Shown: one piece after another, positions 8,054 through 14,822 of the stretch
Numbering within the stretch: the first letter of the stretch is position 1
Layout of the letters: each line of letters begins with the position of its first letter
Origin: Elusimicrobiota bacterium
GTDB taxonomy: Bacteria; Elusimicrobiota; Elusimicrobia; FEN-1173
Direction of reading: 5' to 3'
Assembly: GCA_052388135.1 (NCBI GenBank)
Contig: JBQTIM010000184.1
Location: 1 to 18,061 of the forward strand
Length of the DNA: 18,061 nt
Notes under the pieces: generated by a model
Databases searched by the model: none
The model's input: the letters and a program-made list of their open reading frames with translations, nothing else
Told to the model about the DNA's origin: nothing
Position numbers and translations under genes: made by a program

Positions 8054-9199
8054 ATGAACATGGACATTTTTCTCATCGCCGGCCTGGCGCTGGTGGTGGC
8101 CCTGGGTTTCGCCGCCATTTTTTTCAGCTGGCAGGGCTACAAGGCCGCCCGCGAATCCCGCGGCAACGAGCAGGCCACGCGCCTGCTTCAACAGCAGTTG
8201 GAGGGCCTGCGCCTTCAGCTGGCCGAGAACATCAGCCGGCAAACCCAGACCGTGAACCAGCAGTTGGACCAGCTCACGACCCAGGTGAGCCGCCGGCTGG
8301 AGTCCGTTTCCGAGCAGATGGTGAACTCCCAGAAGGCCGTGGGCGACCGCCTGGACAACGCCGCCCGCGTGGTGGGGGAAGTGCAAAAAAGCCTGGGCGC
8401 CCTGGGGCAGGCGTCGGAGCGCATCTTCGAGGTGGGCAAGGACATCGCCGGCCTGCAGGAAATTTTAAGCGCGCCCAAGATCCGCGGCGGGCTGGGCGAG
8501 TTTTTTCTGGCGGACCTGCTTCAGCAAATCCTGCCCGCGCGGCACTTCGAGCTTCAGCACTCTTTCCGGACGGGGCACGTGGTGGACGCCGTCATCAAGC
8601 TCGGCGGGCGCATGGTGCCTGTGGACTCCAAATTCCCCATGGAGAACTTCCGGAAGGTGTTGGACGCTTGTTCCGATGAAGACCGCCAGGCCGTGAAGCG
8701 CAAGTTCGCCGCCGACGTCCGCAAGCACGTGGACGCGGTGGCCGCCAAATACATCCTCCCCGACGAGGGCACCTACGACTTCGCCCTGATGTACATCCCG
8801 GCGGAGAACGTTTACTACGAAACGGTGATCAAGGACGACGCGGGAGAGAATAAGTCCCTGACCGAATACGCGCTGGCCCGGCGGGTGATCCCGGTTTCGC
8901 CCAACTCTTTTTACGCCTACCTGCAGGCCATCATTCTGGGGCTCAAGGGGTTCGAGATCGAGGAGAACGCGCGGACCATCATGGAGAACCTGGCGCGCCT
9001 GCAGGGGGATTTCCGGCGCTTCCGGGATGAGTTCGACGTTCTGGGCCGGCACATCGGCAACACGCGGACGAAATACGAGGAAGTGGAAAAGCGCCTGGGG
9101 CGGTTCCAGGACAAGCTTGTGGCCGTGGAGGAGGAGGCCGCGCCCGCGGCCGTCCTGCCCGTCGCCGCGGGCGTCAAGCCGGCGGAGAGGGATATTTAG
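8054..9199 (+). CDS. rmuC: DNA recombination protein RmuC
   Basis: It has an N-terminal TM helix and a long coiled-coil. The RmuC core is conserved (VPVDSKFPMENF, DFALMYIPAENVYYE, VIPVSPNSFYAYLQAI). Confidence 0.85.
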   Translation: MNMDIFLIAGLALVVALGFAAIFFSWQGYKAARESRGNEQATRLLQQQLEGLRLQLAENISRQTQTVNQQLDQLTTQVSRRLESVSEQMVNSQKAVGDRLDNAARVVGEVQKSLGALGQASERIFEVGKDIAGLQEILSAPKIRGGLGEFFLADLLQQILPARHFELQHSFRTGHVVDAVIKLGGRMVPVDSKFPMENFRKVLDACSDEDRQAVKRKFAADVRKHVDAVAAKYILPDEGTYDFALMYIPAENVYYETVIKDDAGENKSLTEYALARRVIPVSPNSFYAYLQAIILGLKGFEIEENARTIMENLARLQGDFRRFRDEFDVLGRHIGNTRTKYEEVEKRLGRFQDKLVAVEEEAAPAAVLPVAAGVKPAERDI

Positions 9200-9274
9200 G
9201 ATTTTTTCTTTTTAGGCGAGCCGGCGTGCCGGCGCCGGCCGGTGTTCGGTATGTGAAACGTTTTTCAGATTCGG

Positions 9275-9318
9275 TTTTACTTCCTGGACCCCGGCCTTCG
9301 CCGGGGTGACGAAGAGAA
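9275..9318. repeat. Copy A of a conserved 45-nt hairpin repeat (TTTTAC-N3-CTGGACCCCGG-loop-CCGGGGTGACGAAG-nGAA)
   Basis: Copy A is near-identical to the copy at 11013-11056 in the same orientation. The stem CCCCGG/CCGGGG is preserved while the loop differs (CCTTCG versus TTTTCA). Confidence 0.6.
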
Positions 9319-9372
9319 TCGGGTTTCCGAGGCTCCGCGCCGGCGTCGTGGGTCTAACGCTCCTTTACATCC

Positions 9373-9482
9373 GTCATTGCGAGGAGCGTCGTTGGCGACG
9401 AAGCAATTCCGGCTTTCAGCGCACGAAGAATGGCCTCAGCGCCGGGAAACCTGGGATTGCTTCGCCTTCGGCTCGCAATGAC
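9373..9482. repeat. Structured inverted-repeat element of about 110 nt (possible small RNA or REP/MITE-like element) in the convergent rmuC-9518 intergenic region
   Basis: The left arm GTCATTGCGAG...GAAGCAAT and the right arm ATTGCTTCG...CTCGCAATGAC are reverse complements (11 + 8 bp). Each arm contains its own small hairpin (GTCG-TTGG-CGAC and GCC-TTCG-GGC). No ORF support exists apart from an unlikely Arg-rich 71-aa frame. Confidence 0.4.
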
Positions 9483-9517
9483 AGCCGGATAAGCCAAGGG
9501 ACTTGTGAGACGCCGCG

Positions 9518-9778
9518 CTAGGGCTTGGGGGAAGGCGGGGGAAGTTCTTTGGAGCCCGCGGCCGGAACGGGCTCCTTCGGGGCGGACGGCCCGCCGGCCG
9601 CTTCGCCGCAGGCGGCCCGCGCTTCTTTAAGCTCGGCCTTCAGGCGGTCCACCAGGTAGCCGCCCAGGGCCATGGACGCGAAGGCCGCCAGCCACCCCGA
9701 CCAAAGAGTGATGTGGCGCAAGACGCGGATGTGCGCCTTGCGTTTCTCCTCGCGCTCGGCTTCCGAAAGCTCAGACAT
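9518..9778 (-). CDS. Small single-pass membrane protein (86 aa) with a Pro/Ala-rich tail, overlapping the ychF 3' end by 8 nt
   Basis: The ATG overlaps the ychF stop. One TM helix is present (ITLWSGWLAAFASMALGGYLV). No homology is recognised. Confidence 0.4.
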   Translation of the reverse strand: MSELSEAEREEKRKAHIRVLRHITLWSGWLAAFASMALGGYLVDRLKAELKEARAACGEAAGGPSAPKEPVPAAGSKELPPPSPKP

Positions 9779-10844
9779 TGAACCGGAAGTAAACCACGTC
9801 GCCGTCCTTCATCTCGTATTCCTTGCCTTCCATGGACACCAAACCTTTTTCCTGCACGGCCTTGTAGGTCCCCAGCTTCAGCAGGTCGTCGTATTTGTAG
9901 ATTTCGGCGCGGATGAAGCCGCGCTCGATGTCGGAGTGTATTTTGCCGGCGGCTTTCACGGCCTTCGTGCCGCGCGGGATGAGCCAGGCCCGCGACTCCT
10001 GGGGACCCGCCGTGAAGAAACAAACCAGGTTGAGAAGGTCCTGCCCGCGCTGGGCCAATTCGGCCAGGCCCGGCGAGGCGATGCCCGCCGATTCGTAATA
10101 AACCGCCCGTTCCTCGGGGGGAAGCTGGACGATCTCGGCCTCCAGCTTGGCGCAGAGGACCACCACCCGCGCGTTGTCCTTTTTGGCCCGCTCCATCAGC
10201 GGCCCCAGCAGGGCGGGAGGGGGGCCTTTCTCGTCGGTGTTGGCCACGTAGAGAAGGGGCTTGCCCGTGAGGAACTGAAACTCCTGGAGGGTTTCCGGCG
10301 GGAGGCCCTGCTGGCGCGCCGATTTTCCCGATTCAAAATTTTTGATGATGCCTTCGACCAAGGCCAGTTTCTCCTTGGCGCCCTTCTCGCCGGAGCGGGC
10401 CGGTCCCTGAAGCTTGTCCAAGAGCTTCTGGGCCTGCTGAAGGTCGGACAGCAAAAGCTCGGTTTCGATGATGTCCGCCGCCTCCTGCGGGTTCACCGCG
10501 CCCAGCACGTTGACCACGTCGGGGTCCTCGAAACAGCGCACCACGTGGGCCACGGCGTCCACGGCGCGGATGTGGGACAGGAATTGATTGCCCAGGCCCT
10601 CCCCTTGGCTGGCTCCCTTCACGAGCCCGGCGATGTCCACGAAGCGGATGCCCGCCGGAGTGATTTTCTCGCTGGCGAACTTTTCGCCCAGGACCCGGAG
10701 GCGCTCGTCCGGAAGGGGCACCACGCCGACGTTGGGGTCTATGGTGGTGAAGGGGAAATTCTGCGCCGCCGCCGCCGCGCCCGTGAGCGCGTTGAACAGC
10801 GTGGATTTTCCGACGTTGGGAAGCCCGACGATGCCGATGTCCAT
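9771..10844 (-). CDS. ychF: Ribosome-binding ATPase YchF (Obg-family GTPase, OLA1/YchF subfamily)
   Basis: The protein is collinear with E. coli YchF. It has the G1 motif GIVGLPNVGKSTLFNALT, then FPFTTIDPNVGVV, DIAGLVKGASQGEGLGNQFL and HVVRCFED. The C-terminal TGS domain is present (AGKIHSDIERGFIRAE ... KDGDVVYFRFNV). Confidence 0.9.
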   Translation of the reverse strand: MDIGIVGLPNVGKSTLFNALTGAAAAAQNFPFTTIDPNVGVVPLPDERLRVLGEKFASEKITPAGIRFVDIAGLVKGASQGEGLGNQFLSHIRAVDAVAHVVRCFEDPDVVNVLGAVNPQEAADIIETELLLSDLQQAQKLLDKLQGPARSGEKGAKEKLALVEGIIKNFESGKSARQQGLPPETLQEFQFLTGKPLLYVANTDEKGPPPALLGPLMERAKKDNARVVVLCAKLEAEIVQLPPEERAVYYESAGIASPGLAELAQRGQDLLNLVCFFTAGPQESRAWLIPRGTKAVKAAGKIHSDIERGFIRAEIYKYDDLLKLGTYKAVQEKGLVSMEGKEYEMKDGDVVYFRFNV

Positions 10845-11012
10845 GGCGTAAAGGATACATTAAACCGGACGTCCGCCACAAAACGGGCGGGTTCGGCTCG
10901 AGGGCGCCGGGGTCCGTATCGCCGGCCGCGCATGCCCGCGGCGGGATCGGCGTTTCTTTGATGGGGCGTCGGTGAAAGCCGGCGTTCGGAGGCGGAGGCG
11001 GTTCGGGGCAAG

Positions 11013-11056
11013 TTTTACGGCCTGGACCCCGGTTTTCACCGGGGTGACGAAGTGAA
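11013..11056. repeat. Copy B of the 45-nt hairpin repeat
   Basis: See copy A. Copy B lies between the encapsulin 3' end and the ychF 5' region. Confidence 0.6.
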
Positions 11057-11097
11057 GAGACTTGTGTGGGGCGCCCCGCCGCTTTTGGCCGCGGCGC

Positions 11098-11904
11098 CTA
11101 GCCTTGGAGTTTCAACTCAACGAAGGCGGTGGGGTCGAGGACGCGGAAGGTGAAGGATTCGGAGAGATAGAGGCGGACGGTTTTGCTGTCGTGGGTTTCG
11201 TAGCCGAGGGAGAGGTCCTGGCCCAGGGTGAGCTCCAGGTCGCCGCCGCGGGTGGAGACGAGGAATCCTCCTTCTATGAACGGGCTCAAGGCGATGGGGC
11301 CGCCCAGGAGTTGTTCGACCTGCTTGCGGGGCGGGTAGGCGGCGTAGCTCCCCTGCAGGGCCTGGAAAGGGCGCGGGCCGAGGACCAGGGCGTAGGGGCC
11401 TTCCACCTGCTTGTCTTTGAGGACCAGCATGGCGCGGACCACGGTGTCGGGAAACTTGGCGGCGTCGGCGGCCAGGGGGAGAGGGGCGTTTTCGCCGCCG
11501 CGGGCCAGGCCCGCGATGCCGCCGGGCTCGAAGCCGTCGTAAACGGCTTTCTCCTCGAAACCGGCGATGCGGCGGGCGGCGGCGTCCAGGGGAGCGAAAT
11601 CCAAATCGCGGGCGCCGCGCTCCACGTCGTCGAAAGACCACACGTTCAGCTCGAAGGAAGCCCGCGCCTCCACCAGAGGCAAAACGCGGTGGATGCCGTA
11701 GCACATCTTGTCTTCCGCCGGGCCGCAGGGGGCGACCGTCAGGCGGCCCAGGCCCACGGCGGCGAAATCCAGGCCTTTGGGCCCGTTGACGTCGGCGATG
11801 GCGCGGGCCGACAAATTGTTCCGGAGGGAGCGCCGCGCCTGGTCCTGCAGGGCGGCCCAGGCTTTGTCGGTGAGAGGGGCCAGGGATCGCTTTAAAATGT
11901 CCAT
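11098..11904 (-). CDS. Family 1 encapsulin nanocompartment shell protein (Linocin_M18 / HK97 fold)
   Basis: The match to T. maritima-type encapsulin is strong (ILKRSLAPLTDKAW, VSTRGGDLELTLGQDLSLGYETHDSKTVRLYLSESFTFRVLDPTAFVELKL). A perfect AAGGAGG RBS lies 6 nt upstream of the ATG. Confidence 0.9.
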   Translation of the reverse strand: MDILKRSLAPLTDKAWAALQDQARRSLRNNLSARAIADVNGPKGLDFAAVGLGRLTVAPCGPAEDKMCYGIHRVLPLVEARASFELNVWSFDDVERGARDLDFAPLDAAARRIAGFEEKAVYDGFEPGGIAGLARGGENAPLPLAADAAKFPDTVVRAMLVLKDKQVEGPYALVLGPRPFQALQGSYAAYPPRKQVEQLLGGPIALSPFIEGGFLVSTRGGDLELTLGQDLSLGYETHDSKTVRLYLSESFTFRVLDPTAFVELKLQG

Positions 11905-11914
11905 AAGGTCCTCC

Positions 11915-12364
11915 TTATCGTCGGGGAATGAGGGACGAGAGGGCGCGCCGCGCCTCCGGCAGAACCAGCGGCAGGATGAGGATATGCGCCAGCGCCGTGA
12001 GGATGCAATAGACGCACCAGGAGCCGGATTTCCGCATGGTGTTGAAATACCACACGGCGGCCGCTCCCTCCGCCGACGCTTTGCCGGCCAAGGCCAAGGG
12101 GATGAGGGGAAGCATCGCGGCCCGGTTCACGCCGCCGGCGGCCGCGAGAACGACGTTCAAGCTGAGCATGGCCAGGTCCACGGTTCCGTCGGGCACGCCG
12201 TACATATAGGCGGTGTCGGAAGAGTTCACGGCGGCGGAGTCGAAGCGCGGGCCCAGGGGCGGGTCGGCGAGGCCTTTGATCATCCCCGTCTGGAAAAGGG
12301 ACACGTAGGCCATGTTGGCCAGGCCGAAAAGGGACAGGCCGATGATCCAGCGCCGCCGCGCCAT
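11915..12364 (-). CDS. VKOR-like 4-TM membrane protein with a CxxC motif, inserted between the encapsulin cargo and shell genes; an alternative start at 12502 adds 46 aa
   Basis: Four hydrophobic helices are present. WCVYCILTALAHILIL at the start of the last helix matches the VKOR CxxC active-site placement. The loop segment NSSDTAYMYGVPDGTVDLAMLS aligns to the VKOR loop, but the loop Cys pair is replaced. The TAA stop lies 10 nt before the encapsulin ATG, with the encapsulin RBS inside the gene's 3' end. Confidence 0.45.
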   Translation of the reverse strand: MARRRWIIGLSLFGLANMAYVSLFQTGMIKGLADPPLGPRFDSAAVNSSDTAYMYGVPDGTVDLAMLSLNVVLAAAGGVNRAAMLPLIPLALAGKASAEGAAAVWYFNTMRKSGSWCVYCILTALAHILILPLVLPEARRALSSLIPRR

Positions 12365-12534
12365 GTCTCCGCCGGGCCCTTCCCGTATTTGCCGCCGCAG
12401 TTCCTGAGGAGGCAGGCGGCCCAGAAAAGTTTTAGGGGCTGCGGTTTTCACCCGGGGTCCTCCTTCCGGCACGGACGGGACAACCGCGCCGCCGACGGCC
12501 ATAAAACTCCGAAGGGCGTTCGCGGCGCGGCGGG

Positions 12535-12906
12535 TCACGAGGGTCTTTCGGCGCCGCGATTTTTCAAATTCCCCAGGCCCAGGTCGGCGGGCGCGTCCGG
12601 TCCGCCGCCTTTTTCCAAAGATTCTTCGACTTCGGTGATGGGGGCTTCGGTGAACAGATAGTTGCGGAGATTCTCGTCCCACTTCGGGCTGCGGCGGCGC
12701 AGCCACTCCAGCAGCATGCAGGCGTGCTCGATCTCCTCGTCGCGGTGGTGGGAAAGGACGGCTTTCAGCGCCTCGTCGCCGGAAGCGGCCACGCGCTGGT
12801 TGTACCAATCCACCGCCTCCAGCTCTTCCATGAGGCTTTTAACGGCTCGGTGCAGGTCGCGGGCGTCGTCGGGCAGAAGCTCGTAGGGCTCGTGGTACTC
12901 GGACAT
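12535..12906 (-). CDS. Encapsulated ferritin-like protein (EncFtn/Flp cargo) with a C-terminal encapsulin targeting peptide
   Basis: I start it at the internal ATG at 12906, which has a GGAG RBS. The EncFtn core is present (LHRAVKSLMEELEAVDWYNQRV ... HHRDEEIEHACMLLEWLRR). The C-terminal tail DLGLGNLK matches the family-1 targeting motif (L-x-V/I-G-S-L-K-like). Confidence 0.85.
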   Translation of the reverse strand: MSEYHEPYELLPDDARDLHRAVKSLMEELEAVDWYNQRVAASGDEALKAVLSHHRDEEIEHACMLLEWLRRRSPKWDENLRNYLFTEAPITEVEESLEKGGGPDAPADLGLGNLKNRGAERPS

Positions 12907-12993
12907 GGAGTCTCCAGTGAGCCTGAAAGGGATTTTCTCGGCGGGATGTGCGGGGAAGGCCGTCGATTTATTTTCCCATTTCCGGAGGCGGCG

Positions 12994-13022
12994 GTCAACG
13001 ACGGCGGGTGGAATGGTATAAT
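12994..13022 (+). promoter_or_regulatory. Sigma70-type promoter with an extended -10 (TGGTATAAT, about 13014-13022) for the CBS/YHS genes, in the region divergent from the encapsulin operon
   Basis: A perfect TGnTATAAT sits about 105 nt upstream of the CBS ATG. A weak -35 (GTCAAC/TCAACG) lies at 17-nt spacing. The rest of the window is GC-rich, which makes this motif stand out. Confidence 0.45.
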
Positions 13023-13127
13023 GGAAAGGAAGTTCCCCCCGCGCACCGACTCTCTCTCCCGACAACGGGTTCGCCCGACAATCCCGCCCGGCGCTCGCCG
13101 GACGGTCCCGTCCTGGAAGGAGGTTCC

Positions 13128-13574
13128 ATGAAAGCCAGCGATATCATGACCCGTGAGCCGGCCGTGTGCCTGCCGCAGAGCACCCTGCGCGACGCGGCCC
13201 AGATCATGGTGGAGGAAGACTGCGGGGCGGTCCCCGTGGTGGAAAACCGCGATTCCATGCGCCTGGTCGGCATCATCACCGACAGGGACATCGCCTGCCG
13301 CGCCGTGGCCGACGGCGCCCATCCCCTGCAAAAAACGGCCGGCGACTGCATGTCGAGCCCGGTGGTCACCGTGACGCCCGACGCCAGCCTGGAGGAATGC
13401 TGCGAGGCGATGGAGGAAAACCAGATCCGCCGCGTGCCGGTGGTGGACCGCGACGGCGTCTGCGTGGGCGTGGTGACCCAGGCGCACATCGCGCGCCGCG
13501 CGCCCGAATCCGACGCCGCCCGGGTGGTGAGGAACGTGTCCGAGCCCACGCGGGAAGCCTCCCGCGTGGGTTGA
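13128..13574 (+). CDS. CBS-domain pair protein
   Basis: An AAGGAGG RBS lies upstream. Two CBS motifs are present (IMTREPAVCLPQSTLRDAAQIM ... VPVVENRDSMRLVGIITDRDI, and CMSSPVVTVTPDASLEECCEAMEENQIRRVPVVDRDGVCVGVVT). Confidence 0.8.
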   Translation: MKASDIMTREPAVCLPQSTLRDAAQIMVEEDCGAVPVVENRDSMRLVGIITDRDIACRAVADGAHPLQKTAGDCMSSPVVTVTPDASLEECCEAMEENQIRRVPVVDRDGVCVGVVTQAHIARRAPESDAARVVRNVSEPTREASRVG

Positions 13575-13585
13575 AAGGAGGCGTT

Positions 13586-13774
13586 ATGGAGGAAATGAAA
13601 ACCATGGACCCCGTCTGCGGGCGGGAGGTGGCGGTGGACAAGGCCGTCCGCGCCGAGTTCGAGGGGGACGAGTTCCACTTTTGCTCGCCGGAATGCCGGG
13701 AGGTTTTCTTGAGGGAAATGGAGCATTTCCAGGAGGAAGCCCGTTCCCAGCCGGAAATCGGGAACCCGCGCTAG
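13586..13774 (+). CDS. YHS-domain (TRASH-like) metal-binding protein, 62 aa
   Basis: An AAAGGAGG RBS lies upstream. The YHS signature is DPVCGREV ... FEGDEFHFCSPECREVF. The gene starts 12 nt after the CBS gene. Confidence 0.75.
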   Translation: MEEMKTMDPVCGREVAVDKAVRAEFEGDEFHFCSPECREVFLREMEHFQEEARSQPEIGNPR

Positions 13775-13839
13775 GCCGGATTCCCCGTCGGGCGCGAGGA
13801 CCGAGACGGAAAAGACGGAGATTTTTACGAAACAAAAAA

Positions 13840-13930
13840 GTGAGAGCGTAGCCCGGACTACGGCCGGACTTTTTTGTGAAGGAAAAAAACCGGAATTTAC
13901 GTCGAATCCCGCGATCCAAGCGGGGAATTC
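13840..13930. terminator. Convergent-gene terminator region: GC hairpins with flanking T6/A7 runs, bracketed by a long-range imperfect inverted repeat (CCGGATTCCCCG ... CGGGGAATTCGG)
   Basis: The stretch GTAGCCCGGACTACGGCCGGACTTTTTTGTG...AAAAAAACCGG lies between the YHS gene (+) and the SDR gene (-). Confidence 0.3.
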
Positions 13931-13944
13931 GGGCTAGGCCTTGC

Positions 13945-14778
13945 TCAGCCGCCTTTGGGCATGCGGGTTTTTCGCAGGATGAGATCGCCGAGCCTGGGGA
14001 AGAGGACGCTCAGCCAGGCGCCGGGGCGCACCCACCAGGGGACGTAAACCTCCAGGGGCTGTTTTTCCACGGCTTTCACCACGGCCCGGGCGGCGCGTTC
14101 GGCGGAAATGCCGCGGATGTGGCGCGGGTAGTCCCGAGGCAGGCGCGACCGGTCCACACTCTCCGGCATTTCCGTTTCCACGCCGCCGGGGTAGATCACG
14201 GTGAAGCGGATGTTCTGCGCCGCCAGCTCCAGCCGCATGGATTCCGTGAGGCCGGCCAGGGCGAACTTGCCGGCGGAGTAGACGGCCATGTAGGGCAGGC
14301 CGCGCCGGCCGGCGCCCGACCCCACGTTGACGAAGTGCCCGCCGCCCTGGCGGGCCATGACGGGCGCCGCCGCCCGCACGGCGTGGACGGCGGGCCAGAA
14401 ATTGGTGGCGAAAATGTTCTCCATGTCGGACAGAGGCATGGACAGGACCGGCTCCATGATCAGGACGCCGGCGTTGTTGATGAAGACGTCGAGCCGGCCG
14501 TAGTGGTCGTGGGTCTTCTTGACGATGGACTCCACGTCCTCGCGCCGCCGCACGTCCGCCGGCAGGACCAGCGGCGGCGCGCCGCCGCGGTCCAGCAGTT
14601 CCCGCGCCAGCGATTCAAGCCGCGACACGCGGCGAGCCGCCAGGGCCAAAGCGTGCCCGCGCGCCGCCAAAGCCAGCGCCGCCGCCCGCCCGATGCCCGA
14701 TGACGCGCCGGTGATGAGGATGACTTTCTTGATTGCGGATTTCGGAGGGCGGATTGGGGATTGAGGATCCGACGTCAT
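13945..14778 (-). CDS. Short-chain dehydrogenase/reductase (SDR) family oxidoreductase
   Basis: The Rossmann motif is TGASSGIGRAAALAL. The NNAG motif and the active-site region are present (YSAGKFALAGLTESMRLE). I prefer the ATG at 14778; the ORF track extends to 14826. Confidence 0.85.
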   Translation of the reverse strand: MTSDPQSPIRPPKSAIKKVILITGASSGIGRAAALALAARGHALALAARRVSRLESLARELLDRGGAPPLVLPADVRRREDVESIVKKTHDHYGRLDVFINNAGVLIMEPVLSMPLSDMENIFATNFWPAVHAVRAAAPVMARQGGGHFVNVGSGAGRRGLPYMAVYSAGKFALAGLTESMRLELAAQNIRFTVIYPGGVETEMPESVDRSRLPRDYPRHIRGISAERAARAVVKAVEKQPLEVYVPWWVRPGAWLSVLFPRLGDLILRKTRMPKGG

Positions 14779-14822
14779 TTTCCGTTCCGCTTGGCGGTTT
14801 TTATGGAAGCCACCGTCATAGT

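Noticed and set aside
7328-8386. 352-aa antisense ORF opposite the hypothetical and rmuC genes
   Set aside because: It runs antisense to two genes with clear homology and codon structure. Such antisense ORFs are typical open-frame artefacts of high-GC DNA.
9440-9500. Resemblance of GACAGCCGGATAAGCC (minus strand GGCUUAUCCGGCUGUC) to the conserved 3' CCGGCUUAUCGG motif of RNase P RNA, and of GAAGCAA to an SRP RNA motif
   Set aside because: Neither the P4 5' consensus (GGAAAGUCCGGGCUCC) nor the SRP domain IV GGAA-tetraloop context is present nearby, and the match is too short to call.
9306-9521. 71-aa ORF spanning the structured inverted-repeat element
   Set aside because: It has an Arg-rich composition and no RBS, and it coincides with the palindromic arms. 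It is more likely non-coding.
9672-10961. 429-aa + strand ORF across ychF, and the 182-aa ORF 10333..10881
   Set aside because: ychF on the minus strand is one of the best-supported genes here, and these are shadow ORFs.
11062-11895. 277-aa ORF antisense to the encapsulin gene, plus the 195-aa ORF 11117..11704
   Set aside because: The encapsulin call on the minus strand is unambiguous, and these are Gly/Ala-rich shadow frames.
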